From contig OX597817.1 in assembly GCA_951406725.2 (NCBI GenBank), forward strand, positions 73,036,001 to 73,100,000: a stretch of DNA of 64,000 nt. The letters are read 5' to 3'. Shown piece by piece: positions 53,360 through 64,000 of the stretch (the first letter of the stretch is position 1; each line of letters begins with the position of its first letter). The stretch is from Octopus vulgaris (Eukaryota). Below the pieces are notes generated by a model. That model was given only the letters and a program-made list of their open reading frames with translations. It searched no databases and had not been told where the DNA came from. A program made the translations under genes and the position numbers.

Positions 53360-54335
53360 TACACGGAATCGAGGGAGGGAGCGAGCGACTGAGACGAGAA
53401 AAGAGAGAGGGGACATTACCCCTTCTGAGCCCCTTAGTGTTTATAATAGAGTAATGACTTGCTGTGTAAGGAACTCTCCTGGCTCCTTGAGTGATGTCTG
53501 TTCCTGTTTGGTGAGCAGGCTAGTCGTAACACTTTTTTTTTTTTTAATTTGTCTTGTTCACTTCTACCACCCCTAAGGAAGGAGTCACCGTTGTCATCAT
53601 CATCATCATCACCGCCACTATCTATTTAGTCGTGATGCCGCTCCTGCTGCTGCTGCTACTTCTACTTCTAGCTGTGTACTCTTTACATTTGAGTATCGTT
53701 TCTTCTTGTGGGCATTGTTGTTCCTGCCCCTACCGTCTCCTCAAAAAGGGGGAGAAGAAACAGGCAGGTCCAGGCCACAGCAGTCTTCCACATCAGACCA
53801 GACCAGACCATACCACCTATTTATTATTTGTTCTTGCTCCTGTTGGACAGTGTCTTTTTCCACTGCCTACATACATACAATAGATCTTGTCAATCTCTCT
53901 GTCCCCTTGTGTGTATGTCTTTCTCTCTCTCCCTTAGCTCCAGATAATGTTGGATTTACGATCTCAAAGCTACGAAGGATGTGATCACAAACGGCCAGTA
54001 TTTTTCAAAATACATTTGTTAAAATAAGTTTCATTATAAATTGTTAATTCTTTAGTAGTTTTGGTGGCCATGGGTGAAGGAAGAAAATAGAGAACACAAC
54101 ATACATATGGTCGACGTTTCTATAATAATTTTCCAAATTTTCCTTTCATTAGCTTTTATTTTCTATTTTATTTTTAATTCTTTTATCTTTTTTCCAATTA
54201 AGCTGGAGATATATAAGAGTGGATGTATACTCTCGTTCTTTGATTGCAAACAAACGACGATGATGAAAATATCTCGGTGATCAATTGTCAAAAAAGAAGG
54301 AAAAAAAATCTAATTTCGTTTATCCTGAATAAGCT

Positions 54336-54393
<58 letters not shown>

Positions 54394-54626
54394 CTATTGT
54401 TTTTCCTTCCTGAATCGCTCCGACCAAAAAAAAAAAAAAATGTAGAAAAATCAGGTGTAAAATTTTTTTTTAAATTAACAAGGAGCAAAATATATATATA
54501 TATACATATATATACATACATACATACATACACACACACACATACAGATAAGAATTTGATAGTCGGCAGAGAAAAATCTAACACTTTCTCACAAGTCTTC
54601 TAGCATGATACGGATAACAATGAAAG
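53360..54626 (+). promoter_or_regulatory. Probable promoter and long 5' UTR of the downstream gene
   Basis: CpG-containing, TE-free sequence with a GA-rich tract and (CAT)n/(CTG)n runs directly upstream of an ATG-initiated exon with a consensus donor. The TSS is not determinable. Confidence 0.4.
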
Positions 54627-54754
54627 ATGTTTGACGGTTGTAAGATAAGTTCACTGCTGCCACTGGCCAGCCCAGCTGAGCAAAAGCAGCTCCTTCTATC
54701 CAGTTCTTCCTCTTCGCTGACTCCTATTTCTAATAGGGATTCAACACTTACTGG
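54627..54754 (+). CDS. Probable first coding exon of an unidentified gene (MFDGCKISSLLPLASPAEQKQLLLSSSSSLTPISNRDSTLTG..)
   Basis: AAGATG start (A at -3), 42 open codons, and a perfect donor GG|GTAAGT at 54755 (phase 2). No downstream exon was recognised in the window. Confidence 0.55.
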
Positions 54755-55915
54755 GTAAGTATAAGTATAAAAAAAAAAAAAACTATAAAGCTTACTACTA
54801 CTATTGCTATTACTACTACTACTGTCAAGCATGGGGCGAGGGGGGCTGCTTAAGAGAAAGAGAGCAAGAAAGACTTCAACCGCTTGTCTTCTCCTTTCAT
54901 TTTAATTTTTCACAGCCGTCATATATATATAAACATTAGAAATTGTAATTATATGTAACAAAATGCACATAAACTAAACAAAAATAATATACATTCATAC
55001 AAGCAAGATATATATTTTATATATTCATATAAATAAAATGTAACATGTAACAATTTGTGTGCGCGCGCGCTTATATATATGTGTGTGTGTGAATGTGAAA
55101 CACTCTCTCTCTCTCTCTGTATGTATGTATATATATATATATATATATAGTCAATAAAACATGTATCAGAAAAGAAGCACACTCTAAAGAATAGAGCAGT
55201 AATTATTACAACAAAAATGTAATTTGATATATAACTGTGTATAAAGCGAAACATGAAAAAGTACCTATATGTAACGTTTAATATGTAAAATATTTTATTC
55301 TTGTATACACATGCTTTTTTAGACACAAATATGCACAAAATCTGATATCTACACAATTCATATGTATATGAAATTTTGAGTGTGTGTATATATAGATATA
55401 TATATATATATGAAAACGTGTGCGCGCGCAAAAGCGTTTGCTTTGCGCTGGTTAAAATGAATTAAAGAACTATAAATGTGAATTTGTGTAATATGCATGT
55501 ATCTTTCCACATTTGTAAACAATTTGTGAATACTATATTTGATCTTGTTTATATTAGATTCTTAGTATTTTCGTTTGTGTGTGGTGTGTATAGAGTAAGA
55601 AAGGGGTGGCAGAGTGTGTGTGTGTGTGTCTCGCTCTAATAATCCAAATAAGCATGCGTGTCTAATTTTTTCTTACGTAATTATTTGAGCATGAACGTCG
55701 CAAAATCTTGTTTCCTCCTCATGTGAATCTGAAAAATTGAGGTTCCTTCTATAAAGCGTTATTATTATTTCAATCTGACAGTGAAAAGCGAAAGGAAATA
55801 AATTTGCATATAACTTGTCAATTTCTACACTTCGTTGACATGGTTGTGTATGGTATGTGTATATGTTCGTATGCATGTGTACATATGTGTGTATGCATGT
55901 ATATGTGTGTGTGTG

Positions 55916-55947
<32 letters not shown>

Positions 55948-56328
55948 TACACACAAACATTTATGTATGAATATGTGTATATAGTTACAAAACTTCACAT
56001 AACTTCTTTTTTTTTGTGTTGACCTCATCTCACCCGACAGGTCAGACTACAACACGTGTATACTCGTCTGCACTTAGATCCTCTGGTTTTTCAACCTCCC
56101 GAGATCTTACTTTACTACACACACGCGCGCGCATTCCGATTTTCATTACTTAACGTTTTTTAGTTTGTCTTTGTAAACTATATCACAAAAATAACTAAAC
56201 ATCTTAACTTATTTCTTTTGCTGAACAAATTTCTGTCACATTGTTTCCTACTTTCATTTTTAAACTACTGCCTTGTTCTCTATTAAATGTATCTCCTCCT
56301 ACTTTCACCAGTACCTCTCTCTCCCTCC

Positions 56329-56373
<45 letters not shown>

Positions 56374-56598
56374 TGTGTGTACATGTATGTTTGTATTATA
56401 CTGTGGCTGGATGCCTTTCCTAAGGTAGCCACTTCTATATGTAAATTCGGTGCTTTCTCTTTCTATCTTTCGTGGGGTCAGCAGTAGTGGGATTGCCATG
56501 CAGCAAACCCCCAAAAGAAGCTTTATTCTAGGAGATGGGAGTTTAAAGTATGAGAAAAGGGACCAAAGTAGAACAAGTTTCTTGCTAAAGGGTATCTA

Positions 56599-57861
56599 TG
56601 AGGTCATCCCATAAATAATATGGCTTTTTCAATTGCATGAACTAAAAATCAGAGGGGGACACCTGTATCAACTTACTATAAAAGCAGGTGGTAATTTTAC
56701 CTTGTCCTTATTCTTAGTGCAAGTTTAAGAATGCAGTTCAATTTTAAGTTTTTTTTTTCAAAGCTATAATGGAAGTGACAAAGAAGCATATTTGACATAT
56801 TTGGTTTTATGAGTTCAATAAAGGCAACAACTCAATGGAAAATGCAAGGAATATTAATGCAGTATATGGGGATCAGACAATAAGCATAAGCCAGTGTCAG
56901 CAGTGGTTCCAGAAATTCCGAGCTGGAAACTTCAGCCTAGAAGACGTGCCTCATCCTGGAAGGTCTGTAGAGCTCAACGACGATGTCCTGCAAACCCTGG
57001 TGGAACAGAATTTCATCGTAACTGTTAAAGAACTAGCAGAGAAGTTTGGATTTGGTCAATCAACCATTCATCAACACCTGCATGCCATTGGAAAAGTTAG
57101 TAAATTGGGTCACTGAGTTCCTCACAAGCTTTCTGAGTCTAATTGTGCGAAGTGAGTGAATATGTGCTCTTCTTTGCTGTTGTGTCTCACAAATGAACCT
57201 TGTTTAGACCGAATGGTGACTGGTGACGAGAAATGGGTTCTCTATAAAAATGTCAAGCACCAAAGACAGTGGGTAGGGAAAGGAGAAACACTGGCACCCC
57301 AGGCTAAAGAAGGTCTTTACCCACATAAGGTGTTGTTATCTGTTTGAGATATGAAAGTCTTAGTTGACTTTGAATTTTTAAGTCCAAATCAAATGATAAC
57401 AAAGATCTGCTGTGAGCAGCTTGAACGGCTTAAGTCAGCGATAGAAGAAAAACGACCTTCTTTGGTTTTAAGACGAAAAGTGTTCTTCCATCAGGATAAT
57501 ACTCGGCCGAATGCAGCAAGGATGACATTTCATAACTGGAGCAGTTTGAATGGGAAATGATGTGCCACCCACCATATTCACCAGACATTGCCACATCTGA
57601 TTATAATTTATTCTGCAGTCTTCAAAATCATTTGGACGGAAAAAATATGAATTCTGTAGATGAGGTCAGAACAGTACTGGAGAAGTATTTTTCATCACGG
57701 ACCAGGGAATTTTGGAAGAGGGCCTTGCAAGTCTACTAGACAGAGGAAAGAGCATTGTAGAAAATGAAGGAGAGTATATTTTAGATTTTTAAAAAAACTA
57801 TCTTAATTTTTAAAAATAAAAGTAGTATAAAAAAAGATGTATTATTTATGGGATGACACAA
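56599..57861 (+). mobile_element. Full-length mariner (DD34D) transposon, inactivated
   Basis: TA-flanked TIRs ..GTCATCCCATAAATAAT / ATTATTTATGGGATGAC. Transposase from ATG 56769 with *VPHKL, VTGDEKW, HQDN and HPPYSPDIATSDYNLF, broken by stops and frameshifts. Confidence 0.95.
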
Positions 57862-58033
57862 TATATATGCATATATACATATTATGTATTATATATGATA
57901 TATATTTATGTATTTAGAGAGGTTTACACAAATGAAGATATATAGAGGTGCATGCAGATATGTATATGTAAAAACAAAACAGGATACATGTTCACAAGGA
58001 TAATCATTGCAGTAATATTTTATATATATTTTC

Positions 58034-58078
<45 letters not shown>

Positions 58079-59394
58079 TCACACACACACACACATATAT
58101 ATATAAAGTGTGTGTGTGTATTTTTTAAAACTAATTTTGTGAATAGTGTTGAGTGGGTAGAGGTTCTGACATTTTGTATCCAACACACCCTGTCTTTGTT
58201 TTGATGTTGCCAAATGTGCTTGTCTTCGAGGAAAACGCACTGTTACGGACTCTGTATATCCACCTCATTTAAAAGTGTGAAGGAGTTGTGCCTGGACATT
58301 GTCACAATGGCCAGATAATAGTTAGGGAGATGATTGTTGTGTAGCAACCACTTTAAGGTCAATTGCCCAGTGAACCAAGTCAGCAATAGAGATCTCAGTT
58401 GGTGCCAAGGATAGGTAATTGTATATACATCATGGAAAATTATGAACATCTAATCCAAACGAAGAATGTCTGTCAACATCCATCACCAGTGGGTGGTAGT
58501 ACTAGTGGTGTTGTGGATATATATGGTGGAGAGCTTGCCTGCCTTGGGTTTTGCTGGTGTTGTTTAGCCCTTGGTCAGTCCTGACTATGATATAGATCTA
58601 TGATATGCAATATTCTACAAACCTGATGTCCAAGTGAAAGAGGGAATGGTAGAAGTAGGGAGCAGAACATTATCCAAAATGATAGGATATCATTAATAGT
58701 AGAACACGAGATCTTGTACTGGATTCTATGTTATTCAATTTGATACTTGCTTAACCTGAGTTCAAATCCAGTGAGGAATAACAGATTTTTACCTCTTTTT
58801 AATCTATCACAATTTTTTCTCTACTGTGAGTGATATAAAATATGAATATAATAAATTTATTTAGTCACTGGAAGATACACACACACATAATTAAATAAAT
58901 TGCTTCAGGAGAGATCCTTATCAACATGTATCTATTTTGTTTAGACATATATGCATGGTCGTGTGTATATGTATATATTTCTAATATTGGCAAAAGGTCA
59001 GCAATTTCGGTGGATGGGGTTTAAGTCAATTAAATATTTTTGTACTTGACAGATACCATATTTTATCAACCCAGGAAGGATCAAAGGCAAAGTTGACCCC
59101 AGTGAGTTTTGAACCAGAAATACAAAAATCTAGAAAAAATACCGTTCTATCACACACACACACACCTCTTCCTGTGTTGATTCTAAAGCAGTGAAGCTTG
59201 TCTATGTATTGTGTGAAGTTTTAGCCACGTATTATATATAGTCCAACTTCTATTAGACGGTTTTTTTTTCTTTTTTCATGTGATTTATCAGCTCCTTCAG
59301 CAAGAATATTCTATTTGACTGGTGAAACAGACAATAGTATTTCCGTGAAGTTTTTTGTAATTCTTTATAAGCATGCTTTCGTGTCCAATAAGGA

Positions 59395-59600
59395 AGTCTC
59401 GACCTGCCAGAAATAACAGCCAGATTTCCCTCATCTAATTCAGCTGGCTTAAAAATTAAGGACACTGGATAATAGTAGCAGTCTGAGATACACTGCCTGA
59501 TGAAAAACAAAAAAAAAAACACAGAAGGCTGTTGATGGTCAAAACTCCTTTGATCATAGATCTACTTAAAGCAAGGCTGGATTGAGTGGTGGGGGTTAAG
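59395..59600 (+). mobile_element. Representative of an abundant old interspersed repeat (family D; other copies near 2505-2680, 3540-3715, 38680-38945, 45220-45470, 60630-61110, 63860-64000)
   Basis: Recurring CGACCTGCTAGAAATAGCAGCCAAAT..CTTTGATCATAG..GGGCTAAACAA motifs on both strands. Class is uncertain (SINE-like). Confidence 0.6.
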
Positions 59601-61634
59601 AACTGTCTTATCTTGTTTTGTTTTGTCTCAAACACCCCTAAACCTTAGGATTGCACGCACCCTTCCTTGTTTCCATATCCACCTATTATCGTCTTCCACC
59701 ACTGTTCGTGACCTTTACTCAACTTTCTTCGGTCACACAGCAAGGAAAACACTTCATATTATATCCGTTTCTCGTTTTACATGCCTCTGTCTCCCAACAC
59801 AAGCAGAAAGTCACCACCACCACTATCACTTATTCCATCTCCTCCTCCTTTTCCTCGTCCCTATAACAGAAGCTGTTTTAGTCTTTCTCACGTTGTAATC
59901 ATTGGAACTGCTCTCTGGCCTTTGTTTTGATTTTTTTTCTTCTTATTTCGTATTCTCTTTCTCTGTCTCTCTCCTCCCCTCTCTTTTCTCTCTTTCAATT
60001 CCTTCTCGTTCTTGACAACTTCCCAAACCCCTTAAGTCTACACTAACACTTGTTTCTCTAACTTTCTTATTTAAATCATTCGCTTTTGTCTTTTTGACTT
60101 TACAACCATCCAACTCTCCACATCCGGCCCTTAACAGCGAACGTGAGCGCCACAACGTGGTCGAGCGACCTGCTAGAAATAGGAGCAAAGACCCTCCTTC
60201 AAACCGCTATATACTTTATGAAAGAGCATTTTAAAGGCGAAATTACATTATACAATAATTTATTACTATTAGAACTACTCATCCTACCTTTTTTTCTTTC
60301 TTGTTTATTTCCTTTGTTTTTTATTATCTTTTTCTTTCGTTCTCTTGTAATATAAGTCCAAAATAAAGTGTCTCCAAAAGGTATTCTAGATTAGCAGAAC
60401 TGAGGGAAGAACCAACTAAATCTAGTTGTGATAAAAAAACTGAATGAAACCAACCCAGACGTTGACTAGGAGCGGAGTGGTGGTGATGGGGTGTATTTAT
60501 ATTTATTTAATGAACAGAACTTAAGTCATTATTGCAGTTATTAGCTGTTACCTTGTGCACAAGCTGTTATCTTAGCTTCTCTTTATCTTATCATATTTAT
60601 CAAAACTGACTGCAAGTTGGTCAACTCGTTGTTTAGCCCCTGGTTAGTCCTGATCAAGCAGCACGCCTATGATCAAGCACTATAATGATTCAATCTATTC
60701 TTTATTTGAAACTGTATGTAGCGTGTAAATTAAAGGAGATTTGATTACTATTTTTAGCAAGTCAAATGGCCGCATAGCGGCTTACTGGCTTATAAACGAC
60801 ACGTAGTTAGTTGCTGTAAATTGGTGTTGGGGCTGCAGAGATAAACGCGAGTGGCTGTTTACCCTAATCACTTTGCCGGACAGCAGAATAAATCAACAAG
60901 AAAGGCTCAATGTAGTTTTTATTAACCTGCTAGAAATACCAACCAAATCTTAGAAAAACAAACAACAAAGCAAAAAACATTCCTGTAAAAATATAAAGAC
61001 TGATTGGATAATATAGCCGTAGATATTGTCTGGAAAAAGGTTACAGGGGGCATCTTTTATCATTATAGTTTTACTGGATTGGAACAGATTTTGGGGGCTA
61101 ACATAATTGCCACTATTACACTCTTAGATTTATTAATGCTACCTGAGTTATAGTACCCTATAAGGTGGTGATGATTTTTTTTAAGAAATAAAATATTAAA
61201 ACTATGATGATGTATAATATGTTTTAAACACATTTTCAAAAATGTAAAAAAAAGAAAAAGGAAATCATTGTCAAGATTAGAATATAAGAACGTTTTGTGT
61301 TATCAGTGAGCAGAAACGTGGCTTCTGTGCCAAGGTCATTATATATGTCTTCACCTTTAGAAATTTCCATAGCAAAATAACAGTGTGTACTAGTCTATGA
61401 AACTATCTAAAAGGAGGCACAAGAAAGAACAATGGGATAATAAACCATTGCATAAAAAGAGTAATTTCTGTTTAATTAAGGTAGTCATATAATCTGCTTT
61501 TTTTTTTTTTTTTGAATTGCAAAAAAGCATGAAGTGGGAAAATATGTAAAATGCCATTTTGTGAAAGGGACTCAGTATCTGTTGAGAACCAGTGGCATGT
61601 GAACCAATATAGATGTATTAATGGAATCACTTAA

Positions 61635-61752
61635 CCCATTTAGAAATGTGAGTGACATTGTAAGGTAGGTGTGAAAAGTCAGATCTAGCTAGTTTGGATG
61701 TAAAACAGGTATAATATTTGAGCTGGATATTACTGGTTTAAATGCTAAAGAG
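61635..61752 (-). mobile_element. Internally deleted family-A MITE
   Basis: TTAA-CCC start, and reverse complement of the first half of 12144-12360. Confidence 0.65.
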
Positions 61753-62005
61753 TCATCACCAAATGCTTGACTGTCACTCAAATCACACTATCTTAATCCA
61801 GGACGATACATTGAATATGTTGTCTTTCATACATAGTGTCTGAAAAAAGACACTATGTATGTGATCCTCACAGCTGACATAGAGATTGATCTCCTAATAG
61901 AAAACTAGAAGTAGAAAACATCTGATGGTGGTCTTCTTACTAGAATGAGTATAACTGATATGTTCCAACTCAGTTATCCTCAGGCACTTGGTGGTGACTC
62001 TTTAA

Positions 62006-62209
62006 CCCTTTAGCATTTAAACCAGTGATATCCAGCCCAAATATTCTACCTGGCTAGATCTGACTACTCATGCCTACCTTACAATGTCATTTGAAAAATA
62101 TACAATCCCATCAATGAAATCTTGAAATTACGAGATGATGCAGTGACTAGTTTGAAATAATGTGAGTAAAGAATTATTACATTTGACAGTAATCTAAATG
62201 CTAAAAGGG
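62006..62209 (+). mobile_element. piggyBac-like MITE, family A
   Basis: TTAA-CCCTTTAGCATTTA..TAAATGCTAAAAGGG-TTAA. Confidence 0.9.
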
Positions 62210-62214
62210 TTAAG

Positions 62215-62530
62215 CAAGGTATGCATTGTCTCAGGTAAAATAGATGCTACTCATCAGGGTGCATACCTCATAGATCAAAGAGTCTCTCTGGATCAAGCTG
62301 TTACTTCTCCATATTGAGAATTCACAGCTCCAGTGTTGTGGACATGTAATTAGACATGTAATCACATGACATATTCTTCAAGCCAAGCCAACTGGTAGGA
62401 GACTTAGTGGTAAACTAAGAACAAGATGGTTGGATAATATCCGTAGACTTGGTTGGTTACGCTTGGGAATTCAACCAGAAAGTATAATGATGTTGTTTTG
62501 GAGAGGAGGTGCCTGGGGATTCCCAGGAAT
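62215..62530 (+). mobile_element. RTE (Rex3/Expander-like) LINE C-terminal fragment
   Basis: IKESL..LLLHIENSQLQCCGHVIR..QAKPTGRR..RTRWLDNI..LGW.RLGI. Confidence 0.75.
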
Positions 62531-62959
62531 AGTGAATGTAGAAGGTGGATGGATTGTATGAATAATGGGTGAAAATATATTTTTGATATTTAGGGAAATT
62601 TTTTTGTTTAAATTCATTATTTCAAAATATTTTGATCTTTACAACTGAATGTTCTTCCTGTCATTAGACACTTCAGTCATGAAATAGGGGGTGGATTTTT
62701 TTTTAATCAGTTAAATGAGCTTGACTCAGGTGCACAACTCAGTGAATGTAACTTAACTTTTATGATCATATGGCCAGTAGTCTAGCACCCCTTTAAAGCC
62801 TCACAGCCATTGAAAAATAAGTCAAATATCTGTTATTTCACTAGAAACAAACAGATATTTGACTGCACAATGAAATTTCTTACCATTCATTATTGATGTT
62901 GCAAACTTCTGTATGCTGATTTAGTTCTCATAACCATCTCAGATTCAAGAAGTTTAAAA

Positions 62960-63790
62960 GTAAATTTCACAAAGACTAATGTTAACAGGAAAGGAGATAA
63001 GTCTACTACCATCGGAGAGGTGACCTTGCTTGATATGTAGAAAAGGTGCTGGTATGAATTCTTTGCTGTATGTCTGATGTAAACTGTAGATACACTAGCA
63101 GTGGGAGTGAAATTTCACTTAGGCTGACAGAAAAAGGACTTCTTATATAATAGATGCACAGGGGTAGTTAGTAGTGAAAGCACCCATAAAATGAGTTTCT
63201 TCAAATGGTCAGAAGTCTCTCTGTATGTTGTTTGTTGCCTCTGTTACCTAAGTAACCTAATGAGTTATGGAGGTGTTGTTTGAAAAACCTAGTGGTGCAA
63301 ATAAACATTCAATGGCAAAAGTTCAGAGAACTTCTGGCAGTAAAGAAACTTTCTCTTTAACCCTTCAGCATTCAGATTACTCTTTCAAATATATTGCTTA
63401 TTTATTCACATTATTTTAAATTAGTCATGCATTCTTTCATAATTTTGAGAGTGTGACAGTATGACTGTTTATTTTTAGAATGACATTGTTGAGTTGGTGT
63501 GAGAGGCCAGATCTGGATGGTTTGTACATAAAACTAGAGTAATTTGGCTGGATATGGCTGGTTTCAATGTTAAATGGTTAAGTGATGGGCAGATTGTATG
63601 TTACTGCAGACCAAGTATAATATTGCATAATGGCCAAACATGAGCACTAATGTGAAAAATATGCAAAATCTAGAACGAAATGAAGTTTGCATGCTTCACT
63701 TTGTATATAATGCATGGATGACATAACAAATGAGCTGAGTGAAAAACTGAGTATTAGATAAATCAGTTGTATACAAAAGGGAAAACTGAG
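62960..63790 (+). mobile_element. Old RTE LINE fragment interrupted by a MITE
   Basis: Degenerate Cys-rich insert (PC..CRKG.G.NS), CYL, WQKFRELL, then after the MITE GRLY..LERNEV.ML..LSEKL. Confidence 0.7.
63361..63577 (-). mobile_element. piggyBac-like MITE, family A
   Basis: TTAA TSDs at 63357-60 and 63578-81. TIR CCCTTCAGCATT / AATGTTAAATGG. Confidence 0.85.
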
Positions 63791-64000
63791 CTGGCACAAA
63801 TATATGCATATTCCAATATGAAAGATAATTTTTATTCTAAAGCAGCAATATTTTGTTTTTAATGTTTGTTTCCCCCCCCCACTCGCATCCAGTCAGCTCT
63901 GAACCAATCTGTTATCAAAGATCCAGAATTTAGTTGTGACTATCCTACCCTTTTGTATGTGAAGATTTCTGTCTAATGCAGCAGTCCTTATTTTTAGGAT

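Noticed and set aside
53554-53883. ORF with poly-Ile/poly-Leu resembling a membrane or signal peptide
   Set aside because: The hydrophobic runs come from (CAT)n/(CTG)n repeats and the start is non-ATG. It is better explained as 5' UTR.

Overview
AT-rich, repeat-dense eukaryotic genomic DNA. The tRNA-derived SINE families, (GAT)n-tailed RTE LINEs and long (TA)n/(TG)n arrays suggest an octopus-type cephalopod (inference). Most ORFs in the supplied track are microsatellite artefacts. The window contains: (i) a multi-exon + strand gene relic at about 2.7-19.2 kb whose exons splice in phase but carry at least 8 in-frame stops and no frameshift; (ii) decayed DNA transposons: pogo-like (5.9-8.3 kb), Tc1 DD34E (17.2-18.5 kb), piggyBac (24.0-25.6 kb) with related TTAA MITEs, a non-autonomous Helitron (47.4-49.4 kb) and a mariner (56.6-57.9 kb); (iii) LINE fragments, including an RTE insertion with a twin-priming-type 5' inversion and a 17-bp TSD; (iv) a ~415-bp spacerless palindrome (49.42-49.84 kb) whose two arms each carry a degenerate type I hammerhead ribozyme (Penelope/retrozyme-like); (v) a CpG-richer region from about 44 kb containing a probable 5' UTR and first coding exon (54627-54754) of an unidentified + strand gene. 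All coordinates were read by eye, and repeat boundaries without TSDs or TIRs are approximate.
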